NCBI GenBank assembly: GCA_011109175.1
Contig: RDEW01000066.1
Coordinates: 151,853-191,243, forward strand
Direction of reading: 5' to 3'
DNA: 39,391 nucleotides
Source: Dicyema japonicum
Taxonomy: Eukaryota; Animalia; Dicyemida
Every line of letters begins with the position of its first letter. Positions within the stretch are counted from its first letter, which is position 1. The translations under genes and the position numbers were made by a program. Below are positions 25,331 through 37,700 of this stretch, one piece after another. A model generated the notes under the pieces. It did not search any database, was not told the DNA's origin, and worked only from the letters and a program-made list of their open reading frames with translations.

Positions 25331-25625
25331 GAAAATTGGCGCACATTGTAGTAAATACAATTATTCTATCAGGGATACAGTTCTAAATTAACTTGTAATT
25401 TTATTAAGGTTCGGATTGCATAAGATTACTGAACGAATCCAGCTTTAATGTTGGATAAATTAGAATCCAAGTATTCATGTATAAGTCAAATTTTCAAACA
25501 GTGAAAAAAAATCGGTGTTGATGTCTCGTTTAAAGAAATAACAATTAAATATCTATTAATTATTTTTAAAGTTATTAGTAATAATTTGTTAAGTAGCTGC
25601 CATAGTAACACGTAAAGGACAGGTT

Positions 25626-25913
25626 NNNNNNNNNNNNNNNNNNNNNNNNNNNNNNNNNNNNNNNNNNNNNNNNNNNNNNNNNNNNNNNNNNNNNNNNNNN
25701 NNNNNNNNNNNNNNNNNNNNNNNNNNNNNNNNNNNNNNNNNNNNNNNNNNNNNNNNNNNNNNNNNNNNNNNNNNNNNNNNNNNNNNNNNNNNNNNNNNNN
25801 NNNNNNNNNNNNNNNNNNNNNNNNNNNNNNNNNNNNNNNNNNNNNNNNNNNNNNNNNNNNNNNNNNNNNNNNNNNNNNNNNNNNNNNNNNNNNNNNNNNN
25901 NNNNNNNNNNNNN
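25626..25913. other. Assembly gap (N run)
   Basis: Run of N. Confidence 1.
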
Positions 25914-27498
25914 TTATTGGAATGCATTGAGCTACTCCCTTGGCGTACATGTGCGACACTCGCTTATAAGGTTCGGGGTGTTTTGTTGTCATTTTAGATA
26001 ATTATGTTCCCATTCCTTGAAAGTGGTCTTGTTGGGTTGGACGATTTATTTACCTTCGAGTCCATAAGTATTCAACAAAGACTCAGGCTTCGTATGATTT
26101 TGGGATGTACAGACCGGACTATATTCCAATAGAACATACAAAAACACAAAAATACATCCCCTCTCCTGCCAAAGAGTCCATCGTTATGGAGGAAATTGAG
26201 AAAAATTACTTTGAAGAAGAGTATACAGTCCATACCGATTCACCAAGTTGGTAGTATTTTGGTGGAGTTTGAGGGACTTTGGATAGTAGTCGTGGCTTGT
26301 CAGTGGAAGAGTGGAGTCAAGTTGTACAGGATTTGAGACGAACCCAATTTGGAATTGGAATTGATGTTTGTGACGAACTGACAATGAATGTTATTCAAAT
26401 GCAGCAAAGAAGATTATCCCGAACAATCCAACAGCTCTCTTCTGTATGCCCAGAATATTGATATTAAAAGGACTTGTATTCGAATGATATTCATTTTGTT
26501 TTGGAACTGATCCAAAATGCGGACGACAACCAATACGAGAACGACCGTCCTACAATTCGGTTCAAATTGTCTAAAAATATTGTTTGTTTGTGTTTGGGGC
26601 ATTATAGGTGGAAATATGGAATAATGAATCGGGTTTTATAGTGGGGGACTTGACGAGCATATGTGACGTGGCTTGTAGTAACAAGACAACGTCGATAGGT
26701 AGGAAGGGGATCGGGTTCAAATCAGTATTCAAAGTAAGCGACTGTCCGCAAATCCACTCAAACAATCTCCATATTGAGTTTTCAAGTCAATCTGAGCCAA
26801 TTGGCTATATTGTTCCTGGTTTATTGTTTGTTTTGACTTGTCGTGCAGTATTAATGGAGGACGTACCATCACTGCCTAATACAAGGATCATCCTCCGTTG
26901 AATAGAAATATTTCTGGTAAAGACAAGTTATGTGATGTTGATGGAAGTGTTCTCTTATTCCTTAACAAATTGAGGCATATTGTAGTGCAATATGAGGTTA
27001 TGTGTGATTAATTAATATGTCAGAATCAAACAATTTCCGACTATTATAGGGAAGATCAATCCAATAGATTTATCAGTATAATTTCGAAAGGACAGTCCAG
27101 TGACTGGCTTGTTGTGAGTAAAGAAGTCTCGCATAGTCGTAGTACCACAATAAAATTGGCTTTTCCACTCGATGGTGGACGAGGTCAACAGTCGGTCTAT
27201 GCCTTCCTTCCAGTCCGTAGTTATGGATTACGATTTGCTCTCCACGGGGATTTTGATTTGTCGTCGTCCCGTGAGGACATTTTATGTGACAGTGCTTGGA
27301 ATCAGTTTCTGTTGGCTCATTTCCCTCGAATGTTTGTTTCTGATGGTTTTGAGCTGTTTTCGCGACATTTTTCGGAACATGAGTCTATTTTGAATTTTTT
27401 TGAGATTTGTTCCGAGGAAATCTGAAGTCAATGTTGTATTCCAATCAATGGTTCTTCAATCTCGTCTTTGATTCTGGAAATTCCTTTAATTCCAGTCA
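25914..27498 (+). pseudogene. Partial direct duplicate of the NO VEIN-like gene (matches 33626-35216), covering the GHKL ATPase module
   Basis: Near-identical sequence including introns (compare ORFs 26608-26901 vs 34328-34621 and 27114-27425 vs 34832-35425). Scattered substitutions and small indels. Similarity ends abruptly after TTAATTCCAGTCA. Confidence 0.9.
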
Positions 27499-29669
27499 CC
27501 CACATTATCCATCATTGGGTGGATTTTAGAGACTTTTGTCCATTTCTGCCCACATTTATTGGCCTTGATGGGAATTCTCTTACTGATGGAGGATTTATCT
27601 TATCTCTGGGCACTGAAAATAAGCTTAGATAGTTGTTCTGTGGGATTACGAATCAAATTTTTAACCAAAATGCTTCTATCTTGTACTTGTGGAGGATTTC
27701 CATGGTCTTGTCCCTCGTAGCGGGTACTTTCTAGTAATCCGCTATCGTCGTGATGTTGGTCAGTTGGATGGATTTGGGTTTCTAGTTGTTTAGAGGTGGG
27801 CAATTACCGTCAGGAAGGAGGAGCTTGTGAGTGTTTTTGCTTCCAAGTTTCTTTGAAATTATTTTTTTACTAAAAGTTGTTATTATTTGACATAATTTTT
27901 GAAGATTAAAATATAATTGATATTAATTTTATACAATCGTCGATCCATTTGTTGCACTGAATAAACACACAAGAAGTTACACAATACAATAAATTAATAT
28001 GCGCCATTATATATTAAGATTAAATCTATTCTCAATTAAATATAAAATAATTAAATATAATTTCGATTCTAAATGCTTCAAAATTTAATTTTTGTGATTT
28101 GCGATAACGTACCTACTGGGAAAATACTATAAACAGAAAATAAGGCTTTAGTGGTAGACCAAACAGTTTTGGGCGGATTTATTAATTTTATGTAAAACGT
28201 GATACTGTTCAACGAAATCTTTTAGTTTTCCTTTAGCGACAAAAAAATTTGTTTTGGACGTAAACGCTGTTGTCGGATGCACAGGTCCTTATTTTATCGA
28301 AAAAGTTTATTTATTTAATAAGTATGGTTAACCATCAAACTTTTATTCATTAAAATTATTCACTTGATGGACATGTCCGCCTTGGAGAAATCATTTCGTA
28401 AAAGCTGTGTCATCAAATTTAGCATTTCTTTGAGATGAGTTCACTTTAGTCTGAGTAAAGTAGAAATCTATTAAAAGAGGAGTGGAGATGACTTAGCGGA
28501 GATGAACTGGTTGAGAAAAGTTGACTTGAATTTGTTTTTGAACATTCCACTGGGTTTATGGCATTAGGCGATCCTCTTGAATCTGCATTACAGTTTGTTG
28601 TCGTCGTTGCTCTAGTTGAGTGACTATCTGAAATACTATTTTTTACTTTATTTAGAAATAAATGCTAGTTTTAGAAATTGTTAAAAATAAGTTTTTTTAA
28701 TATTTTATTTAAGAGAAAAACATTTTGGTTAAAAATTTGCATTGTAATCTCACAGAACAGCTAAGTTTTTTATTGAATGTATAAATTGAAATTAATTATA
28801 TAATTTTTCGGCAAGTGATATCCATCTCAACCAAGCAAATGAGAAATCAAATCACTGTTATATTATCCTCTTTATGCCATGAATCGAGAAAGGACCAATC
28901 CGTGGAATTTTCCTCAGATTATGAGAGGTGGTTGATAGAAGGAACAAATACATTCACACTGTATTGCCCTCTTATTGTTTGAATATTGAGTTGGAAATTG
29001 ACGTGGCGATTATTTTTTATATTATTAAAAAAATGTTTTAGAATCCAAATTTTCTACGGATATTGAACTTGTATTTTGTAAAATGTATTTAGTATTCTGT
29101 ACTTGTTGAATGTTAATTTAATTTCATACAAGTTATGGGTTTATTTTCTACTTTTATGAAACTGATAATCTAAGAATTGTCTAAATCAATTTGTAATACA
29201 AAATATTGAAAGAAAAAGAGACTGTTTTTCTGTTATTTTTTAGTTGTAAAGGCGATGATTTATTGTATCAAATTTTTTTTTAAAAGCTGAAAAATTGCTT
29301 ATATACTCACAATTGATGTAACCAATGTTTAGATAATTATTACAATTATACAATATATACATTCCTGATAATACCTCAATCTATGATTTAAAGAGATTAT
29401 TTACTTGTTTTTTTATGTAAAATTGGTAGTAATTTCACTAAAAACACAAAGATTCTGATAGAGTAAATAAAGCAACATTTTTATATTAATAAAAAGCTAA
29501 TTTATTAATCCCTTAAATGATAAAGTAGAATCGGTGCTATCTTTATAACCGTATGCAAAACATTACCGGGGACCCCTCCGAACATTAGTGTCTCGTTGAG
29601 AAAATCCTCTTTGCTGTAGTTAAAAATAATGTTTATGCATACTCGGTTAATTAGAAAATTAGATTACTC

Positions 29670-30050
29670 CAGGGGTGGCCAACTAGTCGATCGTGGCGCA
29701 TTTCTTGGTCGATCGCTTTCGAATAATTTTTATTTTGATTTATTCGTATCGACGAATTTTTCTTGCTTTGGAAGCAGATATTTATTCAAAACATCATTTT
29801 CAAACATGAAAAATGATAAAATCTCAATACAGGGCCCGTTTAACGGATAACCATCTTGGGGATTGCATGAAAATAGCAATAAGCTCATACGACCCAGAAT
29901 TTGGAATAATCGCAAGAGAATTACAATGCTAAAAATTCCATTAACTTTTAATTATAAGATAAAAATTTTGTTATTAAAATATATAAGTCGATCGCCAAAA
30001 ACTCGCAATATGAAAAGTAGCTCGCCGGTGAAAAAGGTTGGCCACCCCTT
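29670..30050. mobile_element. 381-bp non-autonomous hAT (Buster/Charlie-type) MITE
   Basis: TIRs CAGGGGTGGCCAAC / GTTGGCCACCCCTT (13 of 14 complementary). Perfect 8-bp TSD GATTACTC at 29662-29669 and 30051-30058. Repeated GTCGATCG subterminal motifs. Confidence 0.95.
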
Positions 30051-30621
30051 GATTACTCAATCACTTTTTACACATTATTATATTATAAAACCGAACAATA
30101 AACAATTAAATTATCTAATTAAGAGTTTAGTTCAGATTGTCAGTTATTTCGATTTTACGCTTGGAAGAAGAGTTTGTCGCAAATTTCCGTTTCTTCTCCA
30201 TTTCTGTATCAAGTTCTGCCTCTATTTCTTTGTTCAGCTGAGGATCCTCGCGACATACCAGCTCCGCAAATTGATTGCAGCAAAGGCGTACTTTTCGTAG
30301 TCGGTCTTATATTCAACAAATAAAAATGACTTATGCGACAAAAAATTAATTAGAAATGATATGTTATCTATTAAACCGATAAATTAAATATTTTTGAGTC
30401 CATTTGTCAAAAATTGTCATAAACAATAAAGAATTTTATTCCAAGTTAGAAATACAATAATAATTAGCTGACATAGAAAAAGTATCTAATTGATTTATCT
30501 AAGTACGTATGTAAAATACTGATTGTTAGATATTAGAACGTCTTTGAATCTGATAACAAACTCATTATATATTAATTAATATGTAATTTTATTCGTATTT
30601 TAATATAGTTTGGTTAAATAA

Positions 30622-31569
30622 ATGAGATATTTCCATGTATCGAAACAAAGAATTGGATTTATTATCTCAATCATATTTGGACTTTTGTTTGTATGCATAA
30701 TTCTCCCTGTTCTTAACAAAAAATATGTTATTGCAATTTCTATGGTATTTTTATTTATTATTTATTTTATAATATAAATTTGGAATCTCTTCATTTAGGT
30801 TTACCTTCCTCAATATATAATTTATTGGTGTCTTTACATTCGAATTTCATTTTTTGATCACAAAAAATCACAATTCAACGGAAATAAAATAATGGAAATG
30901 ACAAACAACAAAGTTTATGTTTATTGCTTATTTTGCGAAGAGAATGTGTTCTAAATATTTATTTTATAATTTTTTTAGCTTTAGAAATTCTAAACATTGT
31001 CGTGTCTGTAATACTTGCATTGTCGGGTTTGACCACCACTGCAGTTGGATGGACAAATGCATTGGAGTTAGAATATATCGGTAATTTAGAAAATGATTTT
31101 TAGTTCATTTTTTGCATTGATATCTTTGGCTTCGTTTTGTAATCTTTTCAAATTGACTATTATTTTTGTGGAAATTTATATTTTTTTGCAAAAAGAGAAG
31201 AATCAAATTTTCTTGGTATAAAAAATAATCAAAAAAATATAATTATTTAGTTAAACAAGATGGTCTTGTGGATCTACAAACGACCAATGATTTAAAAAAG
31301 AGTCGTTTTTACGTTTTAAAAATAGGAGTCTATTTTACATATTCTGGATTGAAAATCTGTTGGATCAATGTCCATGATTTTTATTGGATTTTTTGTTCAC
31401 TGATACTTATGTTTTTGGTAGCATTGGTGACTATTCCAATTCTCATGTTGACGTTGTTCCACATTTATCTCAGTAAATTTTTATATTAATAAATTTAGTT
31501 AAAAATGAAATGAGTACGTATTACTTTATAAAAAATCGGGCGGTAGACTGTCCGGCTTGCTTTTCTTAG
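30622..31569 (+). CDS. DHHC-type protein S-palmitoyltransferase (zDHHC family), multi-exon
   Basis: YCLFCEENV|[30 protein letters not shown](Y) cysteine-rich DHHC domain. Hydrophobic TM segments on either side, LTLFHIYL and a TTxE-like MSTY. Intron 30948-30978. Stop TAG at 31567-31569. Confidence 0.9.
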
Positions 31570-31719
31570 ATTATTTTAATATTTTTCAAATTTAAGTTTA
31601 AAGTATTTCTGCTTTCATAAAATAATTAAATTAGTTTTTTTACTAAATAAATTCACGTTTTTTTATTTCGTCGTGGTCACTTAACATATTCCCTTTAGGA
31701 CTTTCATAAAAATATAAAC

Positions 31720-34700
31720 ATGAACACACATCGCCCTCCAAATCAAATGGCTCGAATGCAAAATTTCGATGCCTTTATCCGGACATTTGTCCACTGCCGC
31801 TCAATCTGCACTCTCCACGAACTAATAATCGCCTACAATAAAACGACAGGAGTCTCTGATTTCTCACAAAATCACATTGGTCCTTTTACAACATGTCCAA
31901 CAGTGATCGAACTATTCCACGTATTTTTCCCTCTTAATAGTAGATCAATTATGGAATGCCCCATGTTGCTCAAATAACAACACCAGACGTTCTAAATTTT
32001 TTAGAAGAGTTCATTAGAATGGGAAATTTCAGAACTCAGTCAGTTTTTGACTTTGTCCAGTTTGTTGTCCATAAAACAAGGTCACAAAGTCCTTACGAAC
32101 TGGGTCTTGTGATTGCAAACTTCCCAGCTCTAATCACGGTGTATTCTTAACAATGATTAGCAGTATTTCAATGTAAACAGAGGAAACCAACCGGAAATTG
32201 GACTTTCATTTCTAAGACTGTTGTGTGGAAGGTTAAAAAATTCAGTTATCCAATTGGAGGAGAGCTTCTTTAATGAAGGAGTGATAGATAAGTTAAGGTT
32301 GTGGTATTCCACTCAGCCATTCAATGTTGTGGCTTGTGATGTTTTTGATAAACTGAGGAGGCTTATGCAGGCTGCTGTACACAGGCTCCTCCTCGTATTA
32401 GAACGATGGTATTTCTTTCCAATATTTTTTTAGTTAAATGTGGCCAAAGATGCAATTGCTAAATTTGACCGGATCGTACGTTCACATGAACTACTACAAC
32501 TTATTGTTCAATATGCAGTTTGTGTTAGTAAAAGTGACCTCGATGATGAATTTTTTGTACATTTTTTGTCGGCTCGAATTGACAAACCTGAACATTCTAG
32601 AGGTATTTGTGCCTTGTTTTAATTTTAGATATTTAATTGATATGATATCTAAGGAGGTGAAATTTACTGGTTTTTCTGCCTTTATTAAATGTTTGTCACA
32701 ATTGGAGAGGTCTCTAAAGAAAGAATATTCCATCAAGTCCTTCGAACAATTCGGATTTGGGTCACTGACATCATTTATGGATGAAAACGTTATTCAAATG
32801 ACAGTAGATGACTATAATCAATATTTAGAAGGATACTCCACCAGAAATTGTGGAGAAACGTATCCCTCGAATACTATTGATGGGAATAAAGGATATTGTT
32901 CAGCAGAGAAAGGATATAAATCCAAATGTATGTTAACTTGTTTATTTAAGCCTGTTTGTGGACAAGTCATTGCAGATCAGTTGTGCTTAAGAGGGAGTCA
33001 CTGTAGTGATGAGATTGACGGGCTGGTTAATCAGTGTGGGATTGGTGATGAGTTCTCTTTTGAAAAGAATCGCAGTGGTCCTGATAATGACGGGCTTTTA
33101 AATAAATATAAAGTATCCGACTATAGTCAATCACCTGTTGTTTATGAATGTGTTCTACTTGATAATGATAGGTTATTTTGATTTTATAAAATCTAGCCTT
33201 TTGTCTATTATCACATGTAATTCGTATATCAATGTACATGAATTGGTCTCCAGTGTTATTATAGAGATTGAGAAGTGTCCATACATGGCAAATATTATTG
33301 AATATTGCTCTTGGCAAGTTAAATATCAACAGAGTTGGGTTCTTTCACAGATTTTGTGCGTTTTCATGGTTTTTTGTATGATTATTGAGTAAAAGATGTG
33401 AATTGTCGGTTTATTGAGTCGTTCCCTCAAATTATATACAAAATTCCCAAAGAACACTCCTTTGCTCTATTGGAAAGGTCGTTACAAAAGTACGACTCTC
33501 GTTTATTTTGTGCTCACATCATGTCATTCCTTGCCAGTCCCTCATATCCCCCAAAAATAGAAATGCTAATTGAAATAACCAAAAAACACTTTTCTGAATT
33601 CGATAAGTACGAGGGAATCGAATTTTTATTGGAATGCATTGAGCTACTCCCTTGGCGTACATGTGCGACACTCGCTTATAAGGTTCGGGGTGTTTTGTTG
33701 TCATTTTAGATAATTATGTTCCCATTCCTCGAAAGTGATCTTGTCGGGTTGGACGATTTATTTACCTTCGAGTCCATAAATATTCAACAAAGACTCAGGC
33801 TTTGTATGATTTTGGGATGTACAGACCGGAGTATATTCAATAGAACATACAAAAACACAAAAATACATTCCCTCTCCTGCCAAAGAGTCCATCGTTATGG
33901 AGGAAATTGAGAAACATTACTTTGAAGAAGAATGTACAATTCCGGCTGATTCACAAATACAAACAAGTTGGTAGTATTTTTGTGGAGTTTGAGAGACTTT
34001 GGATAGTCGTCGTGGCTTGTCAGTGGAAGAGTGGAGTCAAGTTGTACATGATTTGAGAAGAACCCAATTTGGAATTGGAATTGATGCTTTTAACGAATTG
34101 ACAATGAGTGTTATTCAAATGCAGCAAAGAAGATTATCCCGAACAATCCAACAGCTTTCATCTGTATGACCAGAATATTGATATTAAAAGGACTTGTATT
34201 CGAATGATATTCATTTTGTCCTCGAGTTAATCCAAAATGCGGACGACAACCAATATGAGAACGACCGTCCTACAATTTGGTTCAAATTGTTTAAAAATAT
34301 TGTTTGTTTGTGTTTGGGGCATTATAGGTGGAAATATGGAATAATGAATCGGGTTTTACTGTGGGGGACTTGACGAGCATATGTGACGTGGCTTGTAGTA
34401 ACAAGACAACGTCAATAGGTAGGAAGGGGATCGGGTTCAAATCAGTATTCAAAGTAAGCGACTGTCCGCAAATCCACTCAAACAATCTCCATATTGAGTT
34501 TTCAAGTCAATCTGAGCCAATTGGTTATATTGTTCCTGGTTTATTGTCTGTTTTGACTTGTCGAGTAGTATTAATGGAGGACGTACCATCACTGCCTAAT
34601 ACAAGGATTATCCTCCGTTGAATAGAAATATTTCTGTAAAGACAAGTTATGTGATGTTGATGGAAGTGTTCTCTTATTCCTTAACAAATTGAGGCATATT

Positions 34701-37700
34701 GTAGTGCAATATGAGGTTATGTGTGATTAATTAATATGTAGAATCAAACAATTTCCGACTTTTATAGAGAAGATCAATCCGATGGATTTATCAGTATAAT
34801 TTCGAAAGGACAGTCCAGTGAACTGGCTTGTGTGAGTAAAGAAGTCTCGCATAGTCGTAGTACTACAATAAAATTGGCTTTTCCACTCGATGGTGGACGA
34901 GGTCAACAGTCGGTCTATGCCTTCCTTCCAGTCCGTAGTTATGGATTACGATTTGCTCTCCACGGGGATTTTGATTTGTCGTCGTCCCGTGAGGACATTT
35001 TATGTGACAGTGCTTGGAATCAGTTTCTGTTGGCTCATTTCCCTCGAATGTTTGTTTCTGATGGTTTTGAGCTGTTTTCGCGACATTTTTCGGAACATGA
35101 GTCTATTTTGAATTTTTTGAGATTTGTTCCGAGGAAATCTGAAGTCAATGTTGTATTCCAATCAATGGCTTCTTCAATCTCGTCTTTGATTCGGGAAATT
35201 CCTTTAATTCCAGTCATTGGCCAAGAGGGGGGTATGCAAAAAACAGTCGAATGTCTCTTATTTGATGATCTGAGACTTCATTCTGATTTTTCGCCCACTT
35301 TTTGGTCTGATGTGGCCCAACTATCACTTGTCGATATCTGTTTTGCTGGTAAAGTAGACAAGACTTTGTTGTGGGAGTTAGGGGTGAGGCGATTCTCTGT
35401 TGATTTAGCAACTTCACGTGTCTAAATCATTGGCTAGATGGCCCACAAAAGATATTTTTCGTTTGGATTTTGATGATTTTATTTTATAGACAATTTATCC
35501 AATATTTGTGCTTTATTGGCTTCAATCTATCAGCATATTACTTCATTCGGACTTATAAGTGGTCATATGATGAATTACGTCATGCAATTGCCATTATTTC
35601 CATTAAAGGACTGTTCTCTTGTGTCTTTGAATGAAAAAAGGGTTTATTTCCATGAGACATCCTCCCCTGAATTCGAAGAGGTCAATTCTCTTAAAAATAG
35701 AGGTTAATTCCTGTTTTAAAGTACCTTTAGAGGCCTTGTCTCCGTTTTTTGAAAATCTCAGTTTTATTCATTCTGATTTGTTTAAGACTGTGATTCTGTA
35801 GTAACCTCGCAAGCACAACAGCTTCTTATTTTACTTGGAATTGAGTCTGTGTCGATTAGTCGACTACTTTAATTCTCATATTATGCCCTCGATACCTCAC
35901 TTGAATTGTTCATTGGAATCAGATCGAGAACTGTTGGTGGCAATCACTGTTGTTTTTTCATTCTATGGAAAAGTCGGCCAAAGAAGTTGATTTGAGGCAA
36001 CTCCCCATATTGGATGAGAATAATCAACTAATTAAAGGAGAAATGAGAAGAAAAGTACACCTCCGACCATTGGAGGGGCAGTCAATTATAAACGTGGGAC
36101 AATTCGTAGATCAAATAAGTGCACTATATTTCAATAAACATTTCATATCTGTAAATTTGTCATTATTTGTTGATTTCTTGTCACATTGTGGCGTTTCTAA
36201 TGGGTTCTATTTTGAAAGCAAAACAATCAATGTATTTTTATTTAATTTTATGTTAAGGGGATTGTTGATTTTGAATGTTTCTGAAGTGACCAGTATAATC
36301 AAAAGATGCATTGAGTCGTCTACTTCTGAACAACGTTGCAAGCTAAGAGCTCTTTTTGAGCATATTGGAGAAAATTGGATGACCAATTATTCGAAATATT
36401 CATATTATGTTCTGTGTTGATATTACTACTACAGATGTCGGACAAGTCGAAGTTGAGTTCGTTCGGTAGTAGTTTGCTAGACGAGAGTTGGATTCCTGGC
36501 GTGAAACTACCAGTGGGAGCAAATGTCCTAATTTTGTTTTTATGACGCCGAGTAGAGTTTTTCTTCCTTTGAAGTAAATTGAAGACATGTTGGGGAATCA
36601 CGTGGTTTATTTGGAATGTCCAGCCAATTTGCCACAATGTAGGCATTTCTATGATTTTTGTGGGATTGTCTCTTCGATATCTGTTTCCATATTAATGTCT
36701 CTTCTTTCCCTTTGGGGCCAAAGAGAAACAGATGTACCTAAACCATTTGTGTCCTCAATATCATCAATGACACTTATTTATTCATTCTTTATGACTAAGT
36801 GTCCGCTTGATGATATTCGAACGTTTTTTAGAAAAGTTTCGTGTATATTTGTCCCCAATTTGCCCTATGATGGTAATAATGTAGTGAGTGGTGTATTTCT
36901 GCATGTTGGAGAAGTTTGTTGTCACGCCAATGCTCAACTGCTGTCCAGATATGAACTTTGTTATGGAGTTTCTCTACAAACTATATATCCGAAGGTTCGA
37001 GTTTGGAGTCATAAATTTAAGCTTTTGAGTTTTTTTGGAATATTGGGGTTGGAGAATCGTCTTAGTGTTAGTGATTGTGTATCTGTGATTAAACGAATGG
37101 GAGTGAATAGAGAGTGTTGTCTCGATGATCTGGTGGTAGTCCTACCAGCGTTGTTCGACGCTGTCGCCAGTGAGGGAGTCACATGGGAGAGACTAAAAAT
37201 GATCTCATTCATATTTCATTTATCCCTGTGATGGACGGGGAGTATGTAAGGTTAATTTTTTGTTTTCTCTTTAAATAGTTGTCAGAAGTGTTTATTGGGG
37301 ACTCCTCTGACATATTTCCATTTATCCAAGATTGTGATTAGTCGTTTATTTTCTGGAAATGAAAGTATTTTTGTTGTAGTGACTGTTAATATAGAAATTG
37401 AGGGGTTATTGATTAATCTTGGTGTCCCAAGACTGAGTCAAAGCATTTTTAGTGAAGTCGTTGGGATTAGGGACCGGTGTTCGAGTTTGAATCTCTCTAC
37501 GTTTATACAAATCGAGTTCTTCCGTTAGTCAGACAATATTTGGCTGGAAGATTTAAAAAAGAGATATCGAGGGTTGAGGACTGTGCTCGAAAGATTGTGA
37601 ACCTCCGCATTAAAGCTGTTTTTTACCATTTTGTAATTCAAAGACTTGTGGTTTCTCTGTGGAGTATAGACTGGTGGCACAAGGAGTCGACAAGCGTGTG

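Noticed and set aside
26899-26901. Alternative genetic code (TGA read-through)
   Set aside because: Reading through this TGA stays out of frame with the conserved LLFLNKLR. VMP1 appears to end at TGA, the DHHC gene at TAG and the NO VEIN-like gene at TAA.
29863-30300. 145-aa + strand ORF
   Set aside because: It runs across the MITE TIR and TSD and has no recognisable domain.
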